This document shows, one piece after another, positions 34,101-45,300 of a stretch of DNA of 64,000 bases (the first letter of the stretch is position 1; each line of letters opens with the position of its first letter). The DNA is from Macrostomum lignano. Taxonomy: Eukaryota. The translations under genes were made by a program, and so were the position numbers. The DNA lies in assembly GCA_002269645.1 (NCBI GenBank), contig NIVC01002574.1:62001-126000 (forward strand), in the 5' to 3' direction. A model generated the notes under the pieces. It was not told the origin of the DNA. It did not search any database and worked only from the letters and a program-made list of their open reading frames with translations.

Positions 34101-35456
34101 ATCCGAAAATAATTGAGCAGTTCGTGTCATTGGGAACTGATCTCGGTTGGTAGAACTGCTGGTGGGGTAGCAGCGACAGCTCAGGGAGTTACCGGTTGGG
34201 AGCTCAGGGAGTTACCGGTTGGGAGCTCAGGGAGTTACCGGTTGGGAGCTCAGGAAGTTGCCGGTGGGGAGCTCAGGGAGTTACCGGTGGCAGTTCAGGA
34301 AGTTACCGGGTGGGAGCTCAGGGAGTTACCGGTGGCAGCTCAGGGAGTTACCGGTGGCAGCTCAGGGAGTTACCGGTGACAGCTCAGGGAGTTACCGGTG
34401 TAAGCTCAGGGAGTTACTGGTGGCAGCTCAGGGAGTTACCGGGTGGGAACTCAGGGAGTTACCGGTGGGAGCTCAGGTCGGAACCAGGTGGTGGCCCTGT
34501 GCCTCAGTCAAACCACTGCCAATCCCGCAGCCTGCAGCAGTTGGCCATCTGGGGCCTGCTGCTGGCCACAATGGCGGGCCTCATCATCATTTACCTGTGC
34601 TGCTTCCGGTCCCGGAACAGCAGCGGCACGGAGATTCACCCGCTGGACGAGCAGGAGAGAGCCGGCTGTTGCCTTTTGTAAGACAGATTTTTTTACCGGC
34701 AGACTAACGCCCTGGGGTCTACCTTAGATATGGCCTGACATTTCCCAAATACAGCTTTGCGATTCCCCTGCAGTAGCAGCTGCAGGCATGTGGCAAGTTT
34801 CACATGTTTGATGAAGCAATGTCTAGCAGCAGTGGCAGCTCTGCAACAGAACTGAGCTGCGTTCTGGGCGAATGGGATTAATGGCTTGAGTCAGTCAGTT
34901 TCTTGGGTTTGAATACATCTGCTAATGGGCTGAAGTTAAATGTTTGTTTAATTTAACATTATACCAAGAGTTTAGTGATGTCACCTCTTGTGCTGGCGCC
35001 TCTGGTGCTGGCGCCTCTGGTGCTGGCGCCTCTGGTGCTGGCGCCTCTGGTGCTGGCGCCTCTGGTGCTGGCGCCTCTGGTGCTGGCGCCTCTGGTGCTG
35101 GCGCCTCTGGTGCTGGCGCCTCTGGTGCTGGCGCCTCTGGTGCTGACGCCTCTGGTGCTGGCGCCTCTGGTGCTGGCGCCTCTGGTGCTGGCGCCTCTGG
35201 TGCTGGCGCCTCTGGTGCTGGCGCCTCTGGTGCTGGCGCCTCTGGTGCTGGCGCCTCTGGTGCTGGCGCCTCTGGTGCTGGCGCCTCTGGTGCTGGCGCC
35301 TCTGGTGCTGGCGCCTCTGGTGCTGGCGCCTCTGGTGCTGGCGCCTCTGGTGCTGGCGCCTCTGGTGCTGGCGCCTCTGGTGCTGGCGCCTCTGGTGCTG
35401 GCGCCCAACCCAGTCAAATAAAACGACGCTCCCTCAATACGCAACCCATCCACTGA
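25158..35456 (+). CDS. Small single-pass membrane protein with six-Cys ectodomain (Shisa-like/WBP1/VOPP1/TMEM92/CYYR1 type), ~141 aa; exons 25158-25393, 34531-34677, 35414-35456
   Basis: Signal peptide, then C-x16-C-x7-CC-x7-CC. A phase-2 intron (GTAAGC at 25394, CCCGCAG ending at 34530) leads into a TM helix (LAIWGLLLATMAGLIIIYL) followed by CC. A second phase-2 intron (34678-35413) gives the tail FQIKRRSLNTQPIH*. Without it the ORF stops at 34681. Confidence 0.75.
25432..26392. repeat. 18-bp minisatellite A (CCCTGACACCCGATTCTC)
   Basis: Seen directly; intronic. Confidence 0.97.
27088..27775. repeat. 18-bp minisatellite B (CTAGAGAGGATGGGGAAT), left part, interrupted by the Gypsy element
   Basis: Seen directly; continues at 32321. 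Confidence 0.96.
27776..28010 (-). repeat. Rearranged 3' LTR: first 16 nt of LTR + short junction + inverted U3; lacks R-U5
   Basis: In element sense, TGTCAGATAGTTAGTT follows the PPT. It is followed by the reverse complement of the first ~213 nt of the 5' LTR. Confidence 0.9.
28011..28020 (-). other. Polypurine tract (AGGGGGGAGA)
   Basis: Directly abuts the TG of the 3' terminal repeat, ~60 nt after the integrase stop. Confidence 0.9.
28081..32012 (-). CDS. Gag-Pol polyprotein (Gag with two zinc knuckles, aspartic protease, RT, RNase H, DDE integrase), ~1310 aa if one 1-nt frameshift at ~28809-28811 is repaired
   Basis: Motifs: CASCGGAHSRQQC and CHNCGKVGHIRKVC; VDTGS protease; FVDD RT; CDAS...TDHKPL RNase H; HQAHPG...CRTC HHCC; LHLDFAGP, SDNGTQF and NGQAERF integrase triad. 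The PR-RT-RH-IN order is the Ty3/Gypsy order. The last D and the E lie in the ORF 28081..28896 frame. Confidence 0.95.
32016..32026 (-). other. Primer-binding site (TTGGCGACGAG)
   Basis: TGG-starting tract directly after the ...TTTCACA end of the 5' LTR; the gag ATG follows 3 nt later. Confidence 0.88.
32027..32320 (-). repeat. Complete 5' LTR (294 bp, TG...CA) with TATAAATAAA (overlapping TATA and polyA signal)
   Basis: Element sense: TGTCAGAT...U3 with (CT)12...TATAAATAAAC...T-rich U5...ATTTCACA, then the PBS. Confidence 0.9.
32321..32838. repeat. 18-bp minisatellite B, right part
   Basis: Same unit as 27088-27775. Confidence 0.96.
32839..33370. repeat. 18-bp minisatellite A, second array
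   Basis: Same unit and orientation as 25432-26392. Confidence 0.96.
34183..34475. repeat. 22-bp minisatellite (GGGAGCTCAGGGAGTTACCGGT)
   Basis: Seen directly, just before the acceptor at 34530. Confidence 0.94.
34988..35405. repeat. Highly homogeneous 15-bp minisatellite (GCGCCTCTGGTGCTG), intronic
   Basis: About 28 units, nearly invariant; ends ~8 nt before the acceptor at 35413. Confidence 0.97.
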
Positions 35457-36005
35457 AGAATCCCAAGCTACGACCCTTGAGTACACAACCTGTAGTCTGA
35501 ATTATCACATGGCTCTTGACATCGGCGGAACCGATGCAATGATTGAATGTCTGGAAGGTTTCCTAACAACTTGAAAGTTAATTGCTTTATTTCAAACACG
35601 GGTCAGGCATTCTTGTCGCAGGAAATTTGCATGTCAATCTACTTTAAGTAAAAGCAGAGCCAGCAAAGCAGTCGCACTGCCGCCTTCGCCCCCCTCGCTT
35701 AAACCCCCGTCCAGTTTGAAAAAGTGCGGCAAAGAGGACCAACAGGAGGAAGGCAATCGCTACCAGAAGGACGACCGGATGTGAGGCGTGAAGGCAGCTC
35801 AAAATCGCGGCATCGAGTACTCAATAGACTCTCGTATTTGTAGACGGCTTTGCCTGTGGTGTCCAAATAGTGCAAATTTTATGTCTGGTTTGAGTTTTCG
35901 TTGAAGAATGCGATTGGTGAGGTGGGAATGTATGGGATCCTCTGAAGTATAATTGAAGAAAGTGTGAGCCGGATCCGAGGTTTGTAACTTGTTCAGTTTG
36001 ATTCC

Positions 36006-36446
36006 GTTTGAGTTAATCCATTGTAACGTAATCCAGTTCAAGTTAATCCAGTTCGAGTTAATCCAGTGCGAGTTAATCCAGTTCGAGTTAATCCAGTTCG
36101 AGTTAATCCATTGTAAGTTAATCCAGTTCGAGTTAATCCAGTGCGAGTTAATCCAGTTCGAGTTAATCCAGTTCGAGTTAATCCATTGTAAGTTAATCCA
36201 GTTCGAGTTAATCCATTGTAAGTTAATCCTGTTCAATTTAATCCTGTTCAAGTTAATCCAGTTCAAGTTAATCCAGTTTGAGTTAATCCAGTTCGAGTTA
36301 ATCCATTGTAAGTTAATCCAGTTCGAGTTAATCCATTGTAAGTTAATCCTGTTCAATTTAATCCTGTTCAAGTTAATCCTGTTCAAGTTAATCCTGTTCA
36401 AGTTAATCCTGTTCAAGTTAATCCAGTTCAAGTTAATCCAGTTCAA
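36006..36446. repeat. 15-bp minisatellite (GAGTTAATCCAGTTC)
   Basis: Seen directly. Confidence 0.96.
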
Positions 36447-37199
36447 GTACATATAGTTTCGCACCTGCCTCCAATAAAGTAATATTCTGCGAGCTAATCT
36501 TATAATTTTAGTCCGGTATTTACATGTACATGTCACAAAAATATGCACACTTTCTAGTAGTAATTTACGTCTTCTGTTACAATATTATCAACTCGTTCCG
36601 TTCCTTCAATTCCAAGACTTAATTTGCACGACATTTTTAAGTTTTAAATTTGAGTTTTAAAAAAACTTAATTACGTATTCTTCAAGTCTGCAACAGCATA
36701 CATGAAGACGTTGCAAATACTCTGCACTCTCCTGCTTTCGTAATATTTTTTAAACAGAATTATAACCATAATTATTGCAGGTGAAACTGGCCCTGTACTT
36801 CTGGCTAATTCAATAACAGTGGGCTAGACATTCATTCCGTTTGCTCTCGCCCCTGATTGGTTGAACTGTTAAGCCAATCAGCAGTAGCCTCAGCCGATTT
36901 GCTAGCCCAGTTTTAATTGGTTAAAAACTCTCAACCAATTAGAAATGAGTATGCATACACGAACTTTCTGCGTGGCACTGTTCTAATCGTTAACAGAATT
37001 TTTTTTAACTTAAAGATTGGACGTTGGAAAGTCCGATGTATTTTTACTTGTATTTTAATTGCTGATTCTGTTGCCATGTTTCTCTATCAGACTATATGTT
37101 GCATAGCGTTACATATGCAACTTAACTACTTCTTCAGAAATATACTATAGTAACTGTTGATACTTTAGCAGGCGCTTTTTTTGTCTAAGTAGTGTAGGC

Positions 37200-37868
<669 letters not shown>

Positions 37869-39590
37869 CTTATACAGATTATACAATATTTAAGCTACGA
37901 GTCGAAAATTCCTAAATTAATTGCCTTCTCTTGAAGCTGCTGTTTTGAAGTTCAGCTACATGTACTTTCTGCTACTACTCGTACATGTATAGCTGGATGC
38001 TCGTTAAGCGATATATAGCAATGAATTTCAGTCAAGAATTTTCGGAGAGCGAAAAATTTATTTTATGCAGCTAATTATATTTTGCATGTAGAAGTTAGAA
38101 GCTAAATTGTATAATTGGAAATTGATCTGCATGCTACAGAATTAATGCAACCAAACTGTCCTGGCCTAATCGTATCAAATAATAACTGGCGTAAAGAAAA
38201 TAATTAATTAAATGGGTAAAATGCTGAATCATTCTTACATCTAGTATTGCCTGTGATGATGAAGCGATCCGTTGGCTTGCCGGTCCCATGGCTTACGCCT
38301 AACTAAGGACCACTATAATCAAGGACTAGTTTATAAAGAAGTATTTGTCATGCTTAGCCCTTGGCTAAGCGATTCGATCCATACAAGCTTGTACATGTAT
38401 ATCGTTTAAGATGTCGGATTTTCGGTGCTACATGTATATCTGAAACTACTACTCAAGTGTTTTAATTCAGAGTAGTCTGCATACATCATTAGGTCTGAAA
38501 TTCAATGCATTATGGGTATGCACATTATGATGCACTGCAATAGTGTGGTCGGAGATTTGTGCCACCTGCACGGCCTGTTGATCATAATTGTGAAAGGTTG
38601 GCTGATGGTAAGTACGATTGACGGTGAGTACATTGACGGGTACGGTGAGGGCAAATATGTGTCATTTAATAGCACGAAGTGCGCATGTAGAATTTGTGTC
38701 AGGATGACAATTATTCAAGGACCATTGAATATACTGTACATGTACGCTCGTATATACATTTATGTAGTCAGTGGTCCTATGGCAATTATCTTAAGACATA
38801 TTCTGCAGGTAGTGCGTAAGAAATTAACTAAAGAAATGGTCATTGGTTGAAACTGTGTTGTATATCTGCCGCCGTTTTTCTCAAGAAATCTATGAGTACA
38901 TGTACATGCAGCTACTTGCATGACATGTTACTCTGGTTGGGATAGGAGCTTAACATAATAAATGCAAAAGCCTCCATTTTTTTTAAAACCAATGCCCATT
39001 TCCGTACCCTGTGACACAGAGGCATCATTGCATCAATCATACATGTTAACATGTACACATTATACACATAGTTTGTTCTGTACCGTTACAGTTTCTAAAT
39101 ATTTTTTATTTTTCATGCATATTTAAAATATGAGCTTACTTTGCATAAAAAGTCACGAAAATATGTTTATTTTTAAGGTTGATTTTTTTCATTCTACTAA
39201 TGCTGCTATACCCTTTAAGTTATATTTGATTTAGTATTTGAACTCGTGTTAAAGACGATAATTCTATAATTTAATTTATCAACGCTTTCCTGTCGACTGA
39301 CGACTTCTTGTTCTTGTGCTAGCCAGCCTTGTAGCAGTCCATAAGTCTGTATAGCCCAGAACGACAGTAATAGCAATAGGAACAGAAAGACTGCATTTGT
39401 GAGCTGCGGCAGTTGGTATTTCGTTAGTTTTAAAGTGTAAGTTATACCTGATTTTTAATTTCAAATCGGTGCATCCCGTCCAGGACCAGGCCGTCCTCTG
39501 TTCATTGGAATTAACAGAAGTGTTCCTGCGATACGTTAATCTGTGTTTTGCATTCACCTTCTTTTTAAATTACTATTATTACATTGTAAA

Positions 39591-42315
39591 ATGGCAGCTA
39601 CTTCCTGTCTGTTTCTGATAACTGGTGAATGTCTTACAGACGATGATATTGGACCCTTGTCTGAATTAATTATACTAGGTAAGGTGATACAACTTTGCTT
39701 TTCAGCTTAAAATTCTTTGTTAATTGGCCTTGGTTTAAGTATATTTTATTTTCTAGGAATGGATTGTTTCTATTATAATGTTGACATCGAAATCAAAGTT
39801 AGACCCAGGGCCAATGCCTTCTAAGTTTAAAAAATAGAAAATTAAAAATTCAAATCAAATGTTCATTTATCAATGTTGTTTAGTAGACTTGTATGTATAT
39901 TATATTTCAACATTTAGGTCTAGATATATTAATTGAATTTAATATTATACATGTTTAATAATTCAACTTACCAAAAAAATAATTGAATAGGCTCTAGTCA
40001 AAAGATTGATAGTTATTTTGTCTGCTGCCAGTTCATCTGCTATTCTTTTGTCTAGAAAAATATGATGCATTCATTTTGTTTGCTATATAATATTAAATAT
40101 AATATCAGTATTTATTGTGTATATAATAATATTAAAATAGAGAAAATTGAGTGCTATATAATATAGAATGCCAACCACTAAAGGAATGCATAAGGCAAAA
40201 GTGAAACTGATTTCACTGCAAAGTAGGTCACTCTCTTTTGGCCTTAGACAAATATTTTCCTCAAAAAGCAGATACATATGCAACAATTCTCTCAATAATC
40301 TATTTTGAGCTTAGTAATTTGCCATTGCTTTCAGCAATTATTCATTAGATTCAAATTACTGTTTCTGGTCTAAAGGCAAGTGACCAGATAAAAATATTGC
40401 ATGCAAAAATGGGCTTTATTTTCTCATTGCTCGTTGGCATTTTATGTATAGTGCTCAATATTCTCTATATTAAAAGTAAATATCTATATATCTTAAAACG
40501 CATAAAATATTTAAGATAGTAAATTCATTTTGTTAGAAGTATAAACAAATCTAGAAATAACATTTCCCAAACATTCAAAATGTAAAGTCATCAATATTAT
40601 ATGGCTATACAACTATAGTGTAACTTTTGTTTATAATGAATAAATTTTGCAATTGGGATATCAATGCATTTATCAGTAGATAAGGCCTAGGCTTATATTA
40701 ATGCTTATAATAGTTAGCCAATTTTATTGAACTCAAGAATTGCAATTGCAAATTTAGCCTTCAATATATATATTTATACTGTCTAGTCTAAATTTGTCAA
40801 AAATATTAACAAATGTTCAAATTTTATATTAAATTTTTTTGAATTTAAAATATTGCAATAAACAAAATTACACATACAAAAAGTAATATCTCAATGTAAA
40901 TCTTTGCATGACTCAAAATATCTTATAGAAAATTAGCTTTATATAAGTTTTGTAACTGATTTTATTCTTTTTTAAAGTCATTTTATCTGCTAGCAGACAA
41001 AAAAGTGGCAAACAAAATGACTGCACACCATCAAAAGTAGGAAATGATAATACTTATTCCTAATTTATTTTTTGAATTAAAGCCTAATATGAAGTCTATT
41101 ATTAAATAATATAGGCTATACTTAAAAATTTATAAACTCCAAATTTCTCACAACTATATAATATTATATAGGATACTAGTTGTTTCAGTGACGTCTTTTA
41201 AACAAGAGAAATTTTAGTAACAAATAGTTATAAGTTGAAGGTCCAAGCAAAGGGTTTGATTCTCTTGACTCCATCTACTTAGAATGGTTTGTATATTTGA
41301 ACAAAAAATGACCATATTGCTTTAGTTCACGTAGCTATAAAATTAATATAGGTCAGTATTAGCTAAGATAATTAAGGATATTATATGGCAACCCTCTTAG
41401 TCCTTAGACTAAATAGCCATATATAGCTTTTAGATACACTATGCAGTAGCTTTACCTAAACTACTATTTATTGCACATCTTATGGTTATGATTAGGGTAA
41501 GTATAATCAATTATTGTTATTATTTGTCAAGTATTTCTATAGTTTAAACCCATTACTTATTAACAGTGTTTTAGTTAGTATTATACAAAAATAATGGCCA
41601 TGACTGAATTTGTATGAACTTTAGCCCCCCTCCCACTACACAATGTGCACATGGCATTTGAACTAGAAATGTTGAATGTGTTCCCATAACCATATTTCAT
41701 ATCTGTATGTTCTGCCTAAAACCTCTGTATCTGTAACCACCCATATCTATATCCACAGCTACAGCGAAAGTTTAGAGTTTTGTTTCAGATTAATATTTGA
41801 CGATCCTAATAAGGGTACTTTACATTACTATTAGGGAGTACTGCTTGTACTTGTGGACAATTAGCATAGTTTTGACTAGTCTCGCAATCCTCCAACAGGT
41901 GTGCACGCTTGGGACACCAGCTCCTTGGGATTGGACATTAATGAAGAATTGAAAACATTCGTTTCGTCTAACCCCAGCCCGCAGAGCTACAATCAGAATG
42001 AGAAAGGTAAGCTAAAAATTGTTTTGTTTATTTCCTGTTCCCAGCGCTGCCAAAGGTGTCAACATGGACTGATATCTGTGCGCAATGTATAATATGGAAA
42101 GAAACAAGGCGTTTAATTTGCATTGCACACGCATCGATTAGCTTGGCTTGTGTACAGAATCCAATGTATATTTTTACAAGCCGTTATTGCTTCACAGAGA
42201 TATTACAGAGTTCAATAGAATTCACACGAAATCTAAACAGCTGTATATACAATCTGTACCAGCTAAGGGTGCGTTTTATTATAGAAGACTAACAGAGCGG
42301 CTTGAGAAAACGTGA

Positions 42316-42364
<49 letters not shown>

Positions 42365-45300
42365 AGCATTTGGCGAGGGGAGTGTTGCCTTCGGCAAAAC
42401 TCTGGCTTGCTTATATCGCCTCAAATGAGTCATTCGTATAATTGTTTACGGCCCGCCGAGAGTTCGCTTCGATGCATTTCTATGTTGTTCTTCTTTTTCC
42501 TTACACTATGCATGTATGAGTGCCTAGTGAAACTGCGTATGGCTGTGTATCGCACTGCAGACGAGATGTCTGTGTACAAGTAGAGACTCTCATAGTGCAG
42601 TACTGTCGTAGCTCTTATTCTCTCGCCTTACCATATTGCCCTCTATTGTGGTGGCTCTGCTATCTGTCTGGGGCCCGGCTCTGACAGCAGGTGACCCCGA
42701 CTGTGTTTGCCAAGGCAATGCCCGACCTGACTCTGTGTAGCTCAGTGTGCTTAGTCTAATAGGTATATTAACCTCTGATAAAAACACACACATATGCATA
42801 CAGTCCTGCGAGTTAAAGAAGTATTGTTCACACAGCAATGATAATGATCTCTTTAATCAGATTATCGCTTTGTATGAGTTATTTGAAACTAAATCTAGTT
42901 TAAATATTCTCTTTGTGCGGCCAAAGCATTTTCACAGCTCAGTGCCTCAGCCGAGAGCAAGTACAGGAGAAAAAATCAATGATTTCTCTTAGAATTATGG
43001 CATTCTCCACATACTCAACTAGAGGTAGAGAAGTGAGGATTTATTGTGCGTGTTAAATCCCAAATCCCATGATTTAGGAAAATACTTATTTTCAACTCTA
43101 GCTGACACAAGTGCATTTGGTTCCAAGCTATAGTTTTTGTTTTGTAAGTTCGAGGGTAAAGTTGGAAGTTCAGCGTTTTGAGGCATGGATTTCTAATGAT
43201 TAAAATCTGGATTGGAAATCCAAGACTGGTGCATTTTAACATGGAGGCTTAATCTTATTTGTATTTGGGCTTTAAACAACTGCTCACGGGTTGAGTTGAG
43301 TTCATTGATCAACTTTGAGTCTTTGACCCTGGAGTTTCCTCTCCAGAGTGTGGGTTTAGAATGCTTTCATTCAAGCAATGTGCTAAGTTTGGGGTTGAGT
43401 GAGTCAGCTTGCTTGTCTGACTGTTTGCAAGGATTAATTAACTCGGAATGAATAAGGCCAGGTGTTTTTCTTACTGACTTTTTTGGCGTCCAATCAGACT
43501 TTTTGAAAGACTGCTGTGCTCACAGCCTTTGAGCAGGATTAGAAATTCCATGTCTATTGTTTCTTTAACTGCTGGCTCCAACAGTCTCATCGAAGTTCTT
43601 TCCAATGCGGGGGTCGCTTTCACCCCCTTGCTGGTCACGCCAATGTCAAGGCTTGTGAAGATTCGAGCTTGTGAAGATTCGAGCTTGAGTATTCGAGCTT
43701 GTGATGAAGTTTCGAGCTTGTGAAGATTCGAACTTGTGATGAAGTTTCGAGCTTGTGGAGATTCGAGCTTGTGATGAAGTTTCGAGCTTGTGAAGATTCG
43801 AACTTGTGATGAAGTTTCGAGCTTGTGATGAAGATTCGAGCTTGTGAAGTTTCGAGCTTGTGAAGATTCGAGCTTGTGAAGATTCGAGCTTGTGATGAAG
43901 TTTCGAGCTTGTGAAGATTCGAGCTTGTGAAGATTCGAGCTTGTAAAGATTCGAGTTTGTGAAGATTCGAGCTTGTGAAGATTCGAGCTTATGAATATTC
44001 GAGCTTGTGAAGATTCGAGCTTGTGAAGATTCGAGCTTGTGAAGATTCGAGCTTGTGAAGATTCGAGCTTGTGAAGATTCGAGCTTATGAATATTCGAGC
44101 TTGTGAAGATTCGAGCTTGTGATGAAGTTTCGAGCTTGTGATGAAGATTCTAGCTTGTGAAGTTTCGAGCTTGTGAAGATTCGAGCTTGTAATGAAGTTT
44201 CGAGCTTGTGATGAAGTTTTGAGCTTGTGAAGATTCGAGCTTGTGAAGATTCGAGCTTATGAATATTCGAGATTGTGAAGATTCGAGCTTGTGAAGATTC
44301 GAGCTTGTGAAGATTCGAGCTTGTGATGATTCGAGCTTGTGAAGATTCGAGCTTGTGAAGATTCGAGCTTGTGAAGATTCGAGCTTATAAAAGTAACAAG
44401 CAAGATTTTTCACGATTTTGAAAATTAACCGCAGCTGTGAGAGAAAACAGGTGCATACGGAGTTTAAAAAGAAATTTACAGTTTTAACGAGAATTTTTTT
44501 CATACACCGATGAGAATCCAGAAACTTTGCGAAACCCAGATCTGCATTCGCCTCATTTTTAACGAAAGTAACTTGATAAAGATTCAATCTTGTGAAACAA
44601 CCCTCTTCCGTGACGCAATTATTACGATGAGATAATGAGAGTTTGTATTGTAAAATGTTTCTACTTGAAAGTTTGTAGCGATTTGAAGATTCTCACTGGG
44701 GTGAGTTTGATTCCGCCTGAGTTTGTTTTGCTTGCTAGACCGACTCTGTTAGTTCTTTAATTAGCTGTTTTTTTCAGTTTTAATTTGCCCCAAGCATCGC
44801 AGGTAGTTGGTGCCGGAGTTTTGTGTGCTACTTTTTTCTCAAAGTTTCATAAGTCTGGCTTTTCTTTTGTGGGTCAGTGTTTTTTTGCTAGTCGGTAAAT
44901 AGGCTGTTTTCCTATGCAGAGCTGTTCAGTGTCACCTGCTGCTCTTGTCTAATCTATAGTCTAGAACTGTTTCGTCTGCATTGGGCTTTATTATCGCTAA
45001 CTGGTTTGCTAAGCAGAAAAACAGTGCAACTTGAAATGAAGAAAGTAAATTAACACCGTGTGTCTGCTTCCCAATCTACAAGGCTTTTAATTTACCTCTA
45101 AACTGTTTATGATCAATATCTGACAGATCCCATTTGATTTGATCCCTACAGCAGATCCCAATCTCATTTGATCCCTCCAGCAGATCCCGATCTCATTTGA
45201 TCCCTACAGCAGATCCCGATCTCATTTGATCCCTACAGCAGATCCCGATCCCATTTGATTTGATCCCTACAGCAGATCCCGATCCCATTTGATTTGATCC

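Noticed and set aside
35799-36005. Unique C-terminal part of minus-strand ORF 35799..36548 as a real exon
   Set aside because: No recognisable domain and no clear splice sites; the ORF length is inflated by the 15-bp repeat.
43200-44587. Possible nested antisense gene in MAP1 intron 2 (MNLYQVTFVKNEANADLGF..., open stretches at 43200-43650)
   Set aside because: No phase-consistent stop-free exon chain could be built, and no convincing homology was recognised.
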